41,261 bases of DNA from an uncultured Candidatus Saccharibacteria bacterium (GCA_964562165.1 CAZLRZ010000004.1:1-41261); one strand, 5' to 3'. Shown: positions 17,399 through 27,317, numbered from the stretch's first letter. Notes: a model not told the origin generated them from the sequence alone. Translations and numbers: made by a program.

Positions 17399-18379
17399 TT
17401 AGATTTTCTGCACAACACCCTTACTCGAGTAGTTTTGTGAAAATTCTTTGAAGGCATAACCCAAACTAACAACTTGAGAAGAAACCCTTTTTAATCCGCC
17501 GTTAGTTTTTACAAACGGGTCAACAAACCTAGGCTTTAAAGGTCCCCAAAATTCGGCAGCCGACTTATCTGCATACTCAAATTCCAAACCCGAGTTTAAT
17601 CTTTTTAAATATTTTTTTACATTTGAATTCTTACTCTTCACAAGCTTAGCCATTAAAGTCTCATCATCTGTAAAGAAATCATCTTCAGTTACCTCCCCAG
17701 CATTAAGAGCTGATTTTATTGCATTTGAGAGCAAAAAAAACGACCCATGGCTTGTTGGATCAGCCCAAAGAAGCCTAGACAAACTCATAAACATCGTGGC
17801 ATATAGCCCCGCCACACTTACATCCTTAAAAAAAAGGATATCATTCTTTTCAGCAATGTTGCGTAAGAACATATTCACAGTCTCTTTTGGTAAGAAGCCC
17901 AAGGCAATACCATCCCTCAAAAAGTAATCTAGACGATCAAAAGATATGTCGGGCAATTCATTATCAAGTAATGGAAATTTAGATTTATCTAATACTTTTT
18001 CAATACTAAATCCGTACTTTTTAATAATTTGGGGTATTTCAGAATTTAAAATTATTTCATTCAACTTACCATCTGCATATTCATGCCTAGTATTGCCTAC
18101 CACATAATCAATTACGTGAGAAAAGGCCGTATGGGATAAATCGTGTAGCAAACAGGCAACCTGTTCTTCTATTCCCCTTTTATACTTAGCAGATAAATAC
18201 CAAACACCTATAGAATGTTCATACCTAGTAACGTTTCTTGCTGACTGTATGAAGTGAGGCGCCCCATCTTGGGAAATTTTCTTGAGTCGCTGGAAGACTT
18301 TAGAATTGACTAAGTCTTTTATAAGAGCACTCTCTATTTGAATCTTTCCGTAAAAGCGATCGTTAATTTCCATATTCAT
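17399..18379 (-). CDS. HD-domain metal-dependent phosphohydrolase
   Basis: RYEHSIGV, LLHDLSHTAFSH and DRLDYFLRD motifs. Confidence 0.8.
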   Translation of the reverse strand: MNMEINDRFYGKIQIESALIKDLVNSKVFQRLKKISQDGAPHFIQSARNVTRYEHSIGVWYLSAKYKRGIEEQVACLLHDLSHTAFSHVIDYVVGNTRHEYADGKLNEIILNSEIPQIIKKYGFSIEKVLDKSKFPLLDNELPDISFDRLDYFLRDGIALGFLPKETVNMFLRNIAEKNDILFFKDVSVAGLYATMFMSLSRLLWADPTSHGSFFLLSNAIKSALNAGEVTEDDFFTDDETLMAKLVKSKNSNVKKYLKRLNSGLEFEYADKSAAEFWGPLKPRFVDPFVKTNGGLKRVSSQVVSLGYAFKEFSQNYSSKGVVQKI

Positions 18380-18391
18380 TGAGGGGGAATT

Positions 18392-18421
18392 GTTGTAATT
18401 AAAATGGAGCTGAGGGGAATC
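18392..18421. repeat. 30-nt perfect direct-repeat copy A (duplicate of the tRNA-Ala 3' end plus 13 nt of flank)
   Basis: GTTGTAATTAAAATGGAGCTGAGGGGAATC is identical at 18392-18421 and 18571-18600. The last 17 nt are the reverse complement of the T-stem and acceptor 3' strand of tRNA-Ala(GGC). Confidence 0.9.
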
Positions 18422-18549
18422 ACTTCGCTAACAAATACACAACTACGTTGGTATTTGTAAAGCTCAGTATCAATTCGGGTAAGCTCAAACTTCATTTCAT
18501 TCGTTTTCGCCAACCCCTCATTGTCGAACCGTCGGCTCTTTCATCCACT

Positions 18550-18588
18550 CTCCATTTTAATTACAACATAGTTGTAATTAAAATGGAG
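18550..18588. repeat. Perfect 18-bp inverted repeat with 3-nt spacer, overlapping the tRNA-Ala 3' end
   Basis: CTCCATTTTAATTACAAC (18550-18567), ATA, GTTGTAATTAAAATGGAG (18571-18588). The left arm is also the inverted partner of 18392-18409, so 18392-18567 is bounded by 18-bp terminal inverted repeats. Confidence 0.9.
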
Positions 18589-18657
18589 CTGAGGGGAATC
18601 GAACCCCTAACCTTTTCTATGCCATAGAAACGCTCTAGCCAATTGAGCTACAGCCCC
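18584..18657 (-). tRNA. tRNA-Ala (anticodon GGC), no encoded CCA
   Basis: The reverse complement folds as acceptor GGGGCTG/CAGCTCC with the G3:U70 identity pair, anticodon stem TTTCT/AGAAA with loop ATGGCAT, and T arm AGGGG-TTCGATT-CCCCT. Confidence 0.88.
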
Positions 18658-18716
18658 GATGGAAGTAATTATAAAACAAACAAGAGAAATAATAAAGGAG
18701 AAACTAAAAAGCAAGC

Positions 18717-19901
18717 CTATCTTAATTTAACATAAGATTCTGGGTTGACCTTACCACCGTTTACCTGAAGTTCAAGATGAAGATGTGTTCCGAAAGAATA
18801 TCCGGAATTACCCATATACATAATGTCCTGACCGGCCTTCACGTAATCACCAGCCTTTACAGCATATTGGCCACTACCATGACCGTAAATAGAAACTAAA
18901 CCATTTCCATGGTCAATCATTGTAGTAAAACCCCAACCTCCCCAGCCAGCTTTTTTTACATAACCATTACCAATAGAATTAATCCAGCAACCTCCACCTT
19001 TAGCCATATCAACTCCGCCGTGATAAGAACTGTATCCTCTGGACCAGCTCCAGCCAGAACAGTGCATTAATGGATGCACGAAGGAACCGGAAGGTACGAC
19101 TATACCGGTGTTAGGCTTGGTTCCACCGGTTACGACCTTTCTAGGAGCCACAGTAGTTGGGATAATTCCGCCCGGTACGAATAGTTCCATACCAGTAGCC
19201 AATACAGGATTATCATAGTCGATAATATTACTGTTTAAATCCCAAATATCAACAGCATTACTATTTGTATACTTGGCAATCTTTTCGAGGGTGTCCCCGC
19301 TTTTTACTTTGTAATACGCTCCATTAATTGCAGGAATTCTTAGAACCTGCCCAACTTTTAACACGGCGTTTTCGTTAGCTAGATTATTTGCCCAAACTAA
19401 AGTTCGAATATCTTTGTTATAAATTTTCGCGATACTAGATAAAGTATCACCCTGCTGTACAATATATTTATACACTTCAAAGTCCGCCTCATTTGCAGCG
19501 ATAACGGATAGCGCCTCTGCAGTACCAGCCTGAATGATAAGATCTTTTCTTCCAATGACACTTTCGTTTAGAGCAAGGCCAGTTGTTTTGGCCGAGATGT
19601 TTAGTTTAGTTGATATGCCACTAACGACAATAACCAACGTTAAAGCAAAAATGATTACATGAAAAGAGGTTCTATATAAAGAACCCCTACCCCAAAACAT
19701 TCTTTGAACTATCCAATCCTTGAGGGAATCAAATAATCCCAAAATTAAACTGACAAAGGCAAAAACAAAGAAGAACAGCTGTCTAAATCTTAAGATTAAA
19801 TATGGGGCTATATCTTGGAAAAAGCTAACTATGTCTAACTCACCCTTCTTGGATGATGTATAAATATTTTCTACATTTTCTGAGGTTTTATCTGTACCCA
19901 T
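18717..19901 (-). CDS. Membrane-anchored LysM-LysM-M23 peptidoglycan endopeptidase
   Basis: Two LysM repeats (YIVQQGDTLSSIAKIY, YKVKSGDTLEKIAKY) and M23 motifs (HGGVDMA, GTHLHLE). Confidence 0.88.
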   Translation of the reverse strand: MGTDKTSENVENIYTSSKKGELDIVSFFQDIAPYLILRFRQLFFFVFAFVSLILGLFDSLKDWIVQRMFWGRGSLYRTSFHVIIFALTLVIVVSGISTKLNISAKTTGLALNESVIGRKDLIIQAGTAEALSVIAANEADFEVYKYIVQQGDTLSSIAKIYNKDIRTLVWANNLANENAVLKVGQVLRIPAINGAYYKVKSGDTLEKIAKYTNSNAVDIWDLNSNIIDYDNPVLATGMELFVPGGIIPTTVAPRKVVTGGTKPNTGIVVPSGSFVHPLMHCSGWSWSRGYSSYHGGVDMAKGGGCWINSIGNGYVKKAGWGGWGFTTMIDHGNGLVSIYGHGSGQYAVKAGDYVKAGQDIMYMGNSGYSFGTHLHLELQVNGGKVNPESYVKLR

Positions 19902-19944
19902 TAGAATATTTTAACATATTAGTTAAAACAATTCACAATGTGAA

Positions 19945-21525
19945 CTATAAGTCCTCGTGCAAGGTAGCCAAGAATTCTTTATTGGTCTTGGTCTTCTTCA
20001 AGCGATCAATCAGCATTGTTGTAGCATCTTCATCTTTAAAGATATCCAACATTCTTCTGACTCTCCAAGATGAATTTAGGACCTCTTTTGAAAGAAGCCT
20101 GTCTTCGTTTCTGGTTCCAGAAGCTTTGACGTCGATTGCAGGATAAATTCTTTTTTCGGCTAAATGCCTATCTAGTTTTAATTCCATGTTACCGGTACCT
20201 TTGAATTCTTCGAAAATGACCTCATCCATTCTACTACCGGTTTCAACCAAGGCTGTAGCGATAATTGTTAAACTACCACCTATTTCAAAGTTTCTAGCTG
20301 CACCAAAGAATCTCTTTGGTGGGTAAATAGCAACTGGATCAAATCCACCTGATAAAGTTCTTCCTGATGGAGGAGCTGTGATATTGTATGCTCTTGCAAG
20401 TCTAGTTAGACTATCCATCAAGATGACTACATCTTTACCAAGTTCAACCAACCTTTTGGCTCTTTCGATGGCCATTTCGGCTATTTTAGTATGTAACTCT
20501 GGTGGTTCATCAAAGTTTGCGGCAACCACCTCACCTTTTACTGAACGTTCCATATCAGTGACTTCTTCTGGTCTTTCTCCGACCAAGACAACCATCAAAT
20601 GAATGTCTGGATGATTTTTTGAAATACCATCGGCAATTTCTTTTAACAACCAAGTCTTACCAACCTTTGGAGGAGCAACGAGCATACCTCTTTGGCCCTT
20701 ACCGATTGGAGATAATAGATCAATCATTCTTGTAGATAGAATATGTGGTTCAGTTTCTAATCGAATTTGTTCGTTTGGAAAAATTGGAGTTAATTTATTG
20801 AAGTATGGTCTTGTTAAAGCATCATCAGGGCTACTATTATTAATGGCCTCGATTCTCAACATACTTAAATATCTTTCCCCTTCTTTGGGAGCTCTAGCTT
20901 GCCCGGAGATAAAATCCCCTTGTTTTAAATTAAATCTTTTAATTTGCGATCCTGATACATATACATCATTTTCACCAGCTAAAAGTTTTAAAGTTCTAAG
21001 TACTCCATGTGAGCCATCATTAATAATTTCAAGGACACCCTCAACAAAGATATTTCCGCCACGCCTTGTCTGCTCTTCTAAAATTTTAATAATTAAATCG
21101 TTTTTGTTATAACTTGCAACATCTCTAACTGACAAGGCCTCTGCAATTTTTCTAAGATCTCCTAAAGATTTTTCATCAAGTTCTCTTAAAGTCATTGCTT
21201 TAGCAATTTTATCTTTTTCAAAATTATGAGTCTTAATCAATCCAGGCTTTGGCGCACTTTCAATTGGAACTGTTTCAATAACAGGCAATTGCAGTTCTGT
21301 TTTTGCTTCAGCCTTTACCTCGGCTTTAACTTCGGCCTGTGTAGCTGTACTGACTTTGCCTTCAGAATTAATAATTACTGCGGTTTCGGCCTTTACGGGC
21401 TCAACAACAGCAACATTTTGAATAACAGGCTCACTAGCGACTATGCTTTTGGCATCAGGTTCGCTAACGACTGTAGGTTTAACTGGTTTTTTTAGAATTG
21501 TACGTTTTTTCTTTACGATTTCCAT
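19945..21525 (-). CDS. rho: Transcription termination factor Rho with a ~110-aa N-terminal extension
   Basis: Walker [11 protein letters not shown], and Rho RNA-binding and ATPase cores ([38 protein letters not shown]). The N-terminus is low complexity ([12 protein letters not shown]). Confidence 0.93.
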   Translation of the reverse strand: MEIVKKKRTILKKPVKPTVVSEPDAKSIVASEPVIQNVAVVEPVKAETAVIINSEGKVSTATQAEVKAEVKAEAKTELQLPVIETVPIESAPKPGLIKTHNFEKDKIAKAMTLRELDEKSLGDLRKIAEALSVRDVASYNKNDLIIKILEEQTRRGGNIFVEGVLEIINDGSHGVLRTLKLLAGENDVYVSGSQIKRFNLKQGDFISGQARAPKEGERYLSMLRIEAINNSSPDDALTRPYFNKLTPIFPNEQIRLETEPHILSTRMIDLLSPIGKGQRGMLVAPPKVGKTWLLKEIADGISKNHPDIHLMVVLVGERPEEVTDMERSVKGEVVAANFDEPPELHTKIAEMAIERAKRLVELGKDVVILMDSLTRLARAYNITAPPSGRTLSGGFDPVAIYPPKRFFGAARNFEIGGSLTIIATALVETGSRMDEVIFEEFKGTGNMELKLDRHLAEKRIYPAIDVKASGTRNEDRLLSKEVLNSSWRVRRMLDIFKDEDATTMLIDRLKKTKTNKEFLATLHEDL

Positions 21526-21615
21526 AAAATGAATGCTAAATTAAATTTGAATAGGATTGACGGGAGCTGAATAAAAAACATTGGGAAACAATTTATTGGT
21601 AGATAATTCGATTAG

Positions 21616-21644
21616 AGTATAAGAAAATGGGAAATATATGTCAA
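21616..21644 (-). promoter_or_regulatory. Promoter candidate proximal to rho (TTGACA, 17 nt, TATACT)
   Basis: On the minus strand, TTGACA is at 21639-21644 and TATACT at 21616-21621. It lies about 90 nt upstream of the rho ATG. Confidence 0.5.
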
Positions 21645-21660
21645 GATTTTTTAATAATTA

Positions 21661-21840
21661 GGGATCGGCACTGCCCCCACCGACCCCTATTAAAAGGCCC
21701 AATTGATTAGGTATTTTCATAGGAATCAGTGAGAACTTAAATAGAGTTCCAAGAGCCCAGTAGATTGCAATTCAAATTAACGAATTGTATGTACGCGAAC
21801 CAGACTCTGGGAACTCTATTTAAGCAAATTATTAAAGAAC
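21661..21840 (-). ncRNA. Candidate structured RNA of unknown class, or a long structured rho leader
   Basis: A 15-bp perfect stem CTTAAATAGAGTTCC (21736-21750) / GGAACTCTATTTAAG (21810-21824) is extended by 4 bp and has an apical hairpin CAATTC/GAATTG. A GC-rich hairpin GGGATCGG..CCGACCC sits at 21661-21687 in otherwise AT-rich DNA. There is no ORF. A consensus promoter lies just upstream on the minus strand. Confidence 0.3.
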
Positions 21841-21846
21841 AACTAT

Positions 21847-21875
21847 ATAATATCCCATAATAAATAAAGTGTCAA
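21847..21875 (-). promoter_or_regulatory. Promoter candidate (TTGACA, 17 nt, TATTAT) directed into the structured region
   Basis: On the minus strand, TTGACA is at 21870-21875 and TATTAT at 21847-21852. Confidence 0.45.
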
Positions 21876-21936
21876 GCCCATAGTAATAAATTTATTTACA
21901 AATATAGTAGCCAGGTTTACTTAACTTTTCCTAAAA

Positions 21937-23247
21937 TTAGAGATCTTTAAAGAAGAAATATAGCTGAGAAACGTGTTTTATTGTAGGATACTTTTTTAAG
22001 AAAGAAGAATAGCCGAGTCTTTTACATTCCTTTTCCATCTGCTCCGCTCTTTTACTCACTCTTATCTGGCCAGTTAAAGATACCTCACCGAATGCCACCA
22101 TATCATGGGGCAAAGATTTTCCGGTAAAAGACGAAATGATTGCCAGCACTATTGGGAGATCTAGCATAGAATCCGAAGATCTTAAGCCACCGGCTATATT
22201 TATATAAACATCTTGATCCTGAAGATTATACTTTGTGAACTTAGCCAATACAGCAGTTAGAACTTCGAGTTTTGTTCTGGAGAATCCTTCTGCCACCCTT
22301 TTAGGTAAGGCAAAAAGAGTCCTTGAGGTTAGGGATTGCATTTCAACCAACATAAGCCTGATACCCTCCTGAATCACTGCGGGACAAACCCCCACCCTTT
22401 CTACACCCTTTTCTTTGTCTAAGAAATACAACGAAGGGTTTGTGACTTCTTGCATACCAGTTTCTATCATTTCAAAAATGCCAATTTCGTTTGTTGGTCC
22501 AAATCGGTTTTTTAAACAGCGTAAAATTCTAAAATCAAGCTTTTGATCACCTTGAAGCTCTAGGACCACATCAACTAAATGCTCTAAAAGCTTAGGTCCA
22601 GCAACCGAACCCTCTTTAGTGACCTGACCGACAAGAAAAAGAATTATTCCTGCTTCCTTGGCAAACTTAATCAATTTTGAAGAAACAGCCTTGATTTGAG
22701 CCACACCGCCCGGAAGGCCTCGGACTTCTTCGGCATAGACGGTTTGAATGGAATCGACTACAACTATTGAGGGGTTAGTTTCTTTAATTTTCTCAATGAT
22801 TCCATTCACTTCGTAGCCTGACAAGATTTGAATATCGTCCATTGAACCGAGTTTTATCCTTTTGCCTCTTAAGGCGACCTGCTGGATTGATTCTTCAGCG
22901 CTGACATATAGAGCATTCTTCATATACGAGATCACTTGCATCAATAGCGTGGATTTACCAATGCCGGGCTCTCCACTGATTAGGATTACACCAGAAGGGA
23001 CCATTCCGCCACCTAACACTCTATCAAATTCGCCAAAGCCCGTTGAATGCCTAAGCTTGGCTTCATCATCAGAAACATCTTTGAGTCTTTTGATGGTTAA
23101 CTTGCTTGAACCGATCGAGGAAAAAGAAATTACAGGATCCGTTTCATCAAAAGTATTCCAATCTTTGCAGTTGGGGCATTGCCCTAACCACCTTATTGAT
23201 TCGTAAGAACAATTATTGCAGACATAGATTTTTGATGATTTCGACAT
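21937..23247 (-). CDS. radA: DNA repair protein RadA/Sms
   Basis: N-terminal zinc ribbon (CNNCSYES..CPNC), Walker A GEPGIGKST, KNRFG motif, and a Lon-protease-like C-terminal domain. Confidence 0.93.
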   Translation of the reverse strand: MSKSSKIYVCNNCSYESIRWLGQCPNCKDWNTFDETDPVISFSSIGSSKLTIKRLKDVSDDEAKLRHSTGFGEFDRVLGGGMVPSGVILISGEPGIGKSTLLMQVISYMKNALYVSAEESIQQVALRGKRIKLGSMDDIQILSGYEVNGIIEKIKETNPSIVVVDSIQTVYAEEVRGLPGGVAQIKAVSSKLIKFAKEAGIILFLVGQVTKEGSVAGPKLLEHLVDVVLELQGDQKLDFRILRCLKNRFGPTNEIGIFEMIETGMQEVTNPSLYFLDKEKGVERVGVCPAVIQEGIRLMLVEMQSLTSRTLFALPKRVAEGFSRTKLEVLTAVLAKFTKYNLQDQDVYINIAGGLRSSDSMLDLPIVLAIISSFTGKSLPHDMVAFGEVSLTGQIRVSKRAEQMEKECKRLGYSSFLKKYPTIKHVSQLYFFFKDL

Positions 23248-23254
23248 ATATTTT

Positions 23255-25708
23255 TTAAGAGAATTTTATTTTGTTTTTTTCATAGCCTACCCTAATTTTG
23301 ATTTGTTCAACTTGCTTGTTCACATAGCCCTTATCGATAAGGTAGTCCACCAAATTGTTCTCGAGCATCTCCTGAACAGAACGTTTCAAATTGCGAGCGC
23401 CATACTCATCTGAAAAGCCAGATTGTATAATATAATTGATCATACTTTCGTCAACAACCAGAGAAATCTTTCTTTCTTTCATTTTCTCTTTAACATCATC
23501 AACCATTATCTGGACGATCTTTTTGGCGTCTTGTTTATCTAGCTTTTTGAAAACCAAAACCTCGTCTATTCTATTAAGGAATTCTGGGGTTAGAGTTTCT
23601 TTTAAGACCTCAATTAACTTGGCTTTCATTTTTTCATATGATTCTTCGTCTTTAGCTTTTAAGCCTTCGGAGAGATCAAAGCCAAGGCCGGCAACATCCG
23701 AAGATTCCCATGCTCCGATATTTGAAGTCATTATTATCACCGAATTTTTGAAGTTTACAATTCTACCCTTTGAATCTTGAATATGTCCCTCATCAAGGAT
23801 TTGCAACAATATGTTTAACAAGTCTGGGTGGGCCTTTTCGATCTCATCAAAAAGGATTACAGAGTAAGGCTTTCTGCGAACTTTTTCTGTGAGCTGACCA
23901 CCTTCTTGAAAACCGACATATCCCGGAGGAGAACCGATCAATTTAGAAACACTATGTTGCTCCATATATTCACTCATATCCACTTGAATCAAACTGTCTG
24001 GACTTCCATATAATTTTTCCGCAATCTCTTTAGCAGTCTGGGTTTTGCCCACACCCGTTGGACCTAGGAATAAGAAGGAAGATAAAGGCCTATTTGGATC
24101 AGATAATCCCATTCTCGACCTCTTTAACGATGAGGAAATTTTGTCAATAACGTTGTCTTGACCGACAATTCTTGTTTTTAGGACTTTATCAATATTGTGT
24201 AATTTGTTCACCTCGTTCCCCGAAAGAGAATTTACAGGAACACCACTCCACTTAGAAATCACGTTACGGACATCTTCAACTCCAACCATTTTCTTTCTTG
24301 ATTTTAAACGTTTTTCATTTAAGTCCTTAATATTATTAATTAACAAAAGCTCTTTTTCACGCAGGCCAGTTGCCTTTGTAATATTTTTATTCTTTATGGC
24401 CTGCTCTTTTTTCTTAATCAATTGTTCTAATTCTTTCACTTTTTCGTTGTCAATTTTTACCCGTTTATCAACTGAGATTTTGATCGCTGCGGAAGCCTCA
24501 TCAATCACATCAATCGCTTTATCAGGCAGGTATTTATTAGCGATATACCTAGAGCTCAAATCTACTGCCTCATTTACCACATCATCGTTTATTTTCACAT
24601 TATGAAATTTTTCAAATTGTGGCCTTAGCATTTTCAAAACTTCAACAGCTTCGGATTTTGAGATTTCATTGACCATTACGGTTTGAAATCTTCTAGCTAA
24701 TGCATCGTCTTCTTCAATATATTCTTGATATTCATCAAAAGTCGTTGATCCTATTACTCTTAGATCGCCATTGGTTAGATACGGCTTGATGATATTTGCT
24801 ATGTCCATTGTGTTGCCCGGCCCCGCAGTCCCAGCACCAACAATCATGTGGATTTCATCGATAAAAATAATTACATCTTTGTTTGCGGCCATTTCAGAAA
24901 TTATTCCAAGGAGCCTTTCTTCGACATCGCCTCGGATCTTACTACCGGCAATAATCGCAGACACATCCAATTGAACAATTTTTTTGTTCAAAAAACTTGG
25001 TGGTACATCACCGGCAACAATTCTTTGAACTAACCCTTCGACAATAGCTGTTTTACCGACCCCTGCTTCACCTACTAACAATGCATTATTCTTGGTTTTT
25101 CGAGATAAAATATGGATAATCCTTTCAATTTCGTCTTCACGACCCCAAACTTTTAAATACTTACCTTCTTTTGCAAGCTCATTCATATCTCTCGAAAAGA
25201 AAGCTAATGGTTTTTGCTTTTCCAAATCATCAAATTTATCTGACATTGAAGAAAAGACACCAGGCTGATAAACGCCAAACGACACAACCGACTGAAGAAT
25301 TTTTTCATAATTTAACCCTACCTTGGCAAGATCTTTTACGAAATCGAAATTTTCCTCGGCAATGATTGATAATAGAAGATGTTCACTGCCTACATAAACA
25401 TGGTTAAGTTCGTTAGAAATTAGGAAAGCCCGAGTCAACATTCGTTTTGCATTTTCGCCGAATTCAACTTTTCCAGGCTTTTGGCTAGATCCTTTTTGAT
25501 ATTTTAATTCAATACCAAGCCTTGTGCTTTCACTTTCCACTCCAAGCCTTTCCAGTAGCCGTGTGGCGAAAGATTCTTTTTCAGACAAAATTGAGCAAAA
25601 TAGATCTTCGGCGTTGAGATCTTTCGCACCCCTATTTTGGGCAAAATCAAAAGCCTTCACTAAAATCTTTGCTAAGTGATTTGTAATTTTATTTAATACT
25701 TCATTCAT
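23255..25708 (-). CDS. clpC: ClpC-type AAA+ chaperone (Clp_N plus two AAA modules)
   Basis: Walker A motifs [13 protein letters not shown] and [14 protein letters not shown] place the start at ATG 25706-25708 (Met29 of the track ORF). The longer ORF starts with a TTG inside the rpsA terminator hairpin. Confidence 0.9.
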   Translation of the reverse strand: MNEVLNKITNHLAKILVKAFDFAQNRGAKDLNAEDLFCSILSEKESFATRLLERLGVESESTRLGIELKYQKGSSQKPGKVEFGENAKRMLTRAFLISNELNHVYVGSEHLLLSIIAEENFDFVKDLAKVGLNYEKILQSVVSFGVYQPGVFSSMSDKFDDLEKQKPLAFFSRDMNELAKEGKYLKVWGREDEIERIIHILSRKTKNNALLVGEAGVGKTAIVEGLVQRIVAGDVPPSFLNKKIVQLDVSAIIAGSKIRGDVEERLLGIISEMAANKDVIIFIDEIHMIVGAGTAGPGNTMDIANIIKPYLTNGDLRVIGSTTFDEYQEYIEEDDALARRFQTVMVNEISKSEAVEVLKMLRPQFEKFHNVKINDDVVNEAVDLSSRYIANKYLPDKAIDVIDEASAAIKISVDKRVKIDNEKVKELEQLIKKKEQAIKNKNITKATGLREKELLLINNIKDLNEKRLKSRKKMVGVEDVRNVISKWSGVPVNSLSGNEVNKLHNIDKVLKTRIVGQDNVIDKISSSLKRSRMGLSDPNRPLSSFLFLGPTGVGKTQTAKEIAEKLYGSPDSLIQVDMSEYMEQHSVSKLIGSPPGYVGFQEGGQLTEKVRRKPYSVILFDEIEKAHPDLLNILLQILDEGHIQDSKGRIVNFKNSVIIMTSNIGAWESSDVAGLGFDLSEGLKAKDEESYEKMKAKLIEVLKETLTPEFLNRIDEVLVFKKLDKQDAKKIVQIMVDDVKEKMKERKISLVVDESMINYIIQSGFSDEYGARNLKRSVQEMLENNLVDYLIDKGYVNKQVEQIKIRVGYEKNKIKFS

Positions 25709-25761
25709 ATCTAATTTTATCACATGAGGTGAAAATCTGGCACGGATGGATTTAAGAATAG

Positions 25762-25800
25762 TAAAGAAAAAGTCCCGATTGACCTTGGTCAATCGGGACT
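25762..25800 (-). terminator. Rho-independent terminator after rpsA
   Basis: Perfect 14-bp stem AGTCCCGATTGACC (25771-25784) / GGTCAATCGGGACT (25787-25800) with a 2-nt loop. It is followed by a T-rich tract on the minus strand and flanked by an A-run on the other side. Confidence 0.8.
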
Positions 25801-25824
25801 TTAAAAAATCACAAAGAAAAAATA

Positions 25825-27246
25825 TTATGCCAAAGGATCGTCATCCTCGCCTAATAATTCTTTTAGACGTTCCATTTCTGGTGATACGCCCATTTCTTTT
25901 GCTAGTTCTTTTTTGCTCTTTGGAGTCTCTTCGACAACTGGAGTCTCTTCGATGACTGGAGTCTCTTCGACGACTGGGGTCTCTTCGACTACTTTTTCCT
26001 TTGGAGCCTTTTCGACTTCCTCGACCTTTTCTACTTTCTCAACTTTTTCAGATTTTTCGACTTTTTCGGCTTTTGGTTCTGGTTTAACTTCTTCAGCTTC
26101 GGCCTTTGGAGCTCTACTGACTCGTTTTAAACTTAGACCTAAGTGTCTGTCGTCTCTTGAAATTGAGATGATTTCTAATTCGTATTCTTTGTTGGCTTCG
26201 ACAATCTTACTTGGGTCTTTGACCAATCTATCTGAAAGTTCAGAGATATGAATCAATCCATTTAATCCTTCTTCGATTCTGACAAATGCACCGTAGTCAA
26301 CGATTTTGGTGATTTCTCCCATTACTCTTTGACCGACTTTGTATTTTTTAACAATAGCCTCCCATGGATCGGGCATTAATCTCTTGATTGAATATGCGAT
26401 TCTCTTACCGCCATCATCGATTCCGATGATTTCGACTTTTACTGGATCGCCAATCTTGAAGAAGTCTGCAGGATTAGTGACTTTATCCCATGAAATTTCG
26501 GATAAGTGGACCAAACCTTCGAGACCTTTTGCATTAACGAATAATCCAAATGGTGCAATACCTGTGATTTCACCCTCTAATTTATCTCCAACCTTAACGT
26601 GCTTAAGCGTTTCGGCTCGTTTATCCATATCTTCTTTACCTGTGTCTTTCTTCTTTTCTGAGAAGATGACTCTATTTTTTTCTCTATCAATTTCAATGAC
26701 TTTAACTTCAAGCTCTTTACCGATCAATTCGGCCAATTTACCTTGTAGTTCTTTGTCTGCATCTTGTTTGCTTGCATAACCACCTAATGGGTAAATTCTG
26801 GAATTATCTAGTTGAGAGGTTGGAACAAAGCCTCTTAAGCCACCGCCGATGTTTACAATAACACCACCGGTATTAGCTTCGATGACTTCGACTTTAACAT
26901 TTAAGTCATTTTCAAGAGCATTGTTAAGCTCGAACCACTTTCTAGCGGTTCCGGTCCTTCTAATAGAAAGTTCTATTTGCCCTAAAGGATTTTCTCCTTT
27001 TAAAACATAAACTAAAATTTCGTCTCCTACTTGATAGTTTAGTTTTTCTCCGGTTAACTTCATTTCTTTACCGGAAACTATACCTTCGGCACGGCCTCCA
27101 ATATCGCAAATGATTTCTCCTTTTGAGATTGAGAGAACTATACCTTTAATGATTTGTCCCCTTTTGAAAGTCTTGGGGAAGACTTCTAAAGATGCTAAAT
27201 ACTCTGAAATAGGATCTGTAGAATTAATTTGGGCTTTATTAGCCAT
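25825..27246 (-). CDS. rpsA: 30S ribosomal protein S1 with a repetitive acidic C-terminal tail
   Basis: Multiple S1 OB repeats (e.g. GEITGIAPFGLFVNAKGLEGLVHLSEIS, GEITKIVDYGAFVRIEEGLNGLIHISELS). The tail is KVEKSEKVEKVEKVEEVEK..VVEETPVVEETPVIEETPVVEETP. Confidence 0.9.
   Translation of the reverse strand: MANKAQINSTDPISEYLASLEVFPKTFKRGQIIKGIVLSISKGEIICDIGGRAEGIVSGKEMKLTGEKLNYQVGDEILVYVLKGENPLGQIELSIRRTGTARKWFELNNALENDLNVKVEVIEANTGGVIVNIGGGLRGFVPTSQLDNSRIYPLGGYASKQDADKELQGKLAELIGKELEVKVIEIDREKNRVIFSEKKKDTGKEDMDKRAETLKHVKVGDKLEGEITGIAPFGLFVNAKGLEGLVHLSEISWDKVTNPADFFKIGDPVKVEIIGIDDGGKRIAYSIKRLMPDPWEAIVKKYKVGQRVMGEITKIVDYGAFVRIEEGLNGLIHISELSDRLVKDPSKIVEANKEYELEIISISRDDRHLGLSLKRVSRAPKAEAEEVKPEPKAEKVEKSEKVEKVEKVEEVEKAPKEKVVEETPVVEETPVIEETPVVEETPKSKKELAKEMGVSPEMERLKELLGEDDDPLA
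25921..25992. repeat. 18-nt in-frame tandem repeat x4 within the rpsA tail
   Basis: TGGAGTCTCTTCGACAAC, TGGAGTCTCTTCGATGAC, TGGAGTCTCTTCGACGAC, TGGGGTCTCTTCGACTAC. These encode (V/I)EETPV units on the minus strand. Confidence 0.9.
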
Positions 27247-27317
27247 AGTGAATAATTGTACTACTGTTTAGTTTATCTAAAAATATTTAGATTCAGTAAT
27301 ACCCTTTCGAAGAAAGA

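Noticed and set aside
18405-18568. Possible tmRNA. The minus strand contains ACGGTTCGAC, reminiscent of the tmRNA 5' region, and ends with a tRNA-Ala-like CAGCTCCA.
   Set aside because: It is only about 165 nt long. There is no GGGGCTG 5' acceptor partner of its own, no local T arm (the 5 nt before the loop are not complementary to CCCCT), and no tag-like reading frame ending in a hydrophobic ALAA-type tail. It is more simply a duplicated tRNA end.
18392-18600. CRISPR array.
   Set aside because: There are only two direct copies plus one inverted copy of the repeat, and it is derived from a tRNA end. There are no cas genes and no regular spacer pattern anywhere in the window.
25709-25792. N-terminal 28-codon extension of clpC in the ORF track.
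   Set aside because: It starts at a TTG located inside the 14-bp-stem rpsA terminator hairpin. The ATG at 25706-25708 gives a normal Clp_N start.
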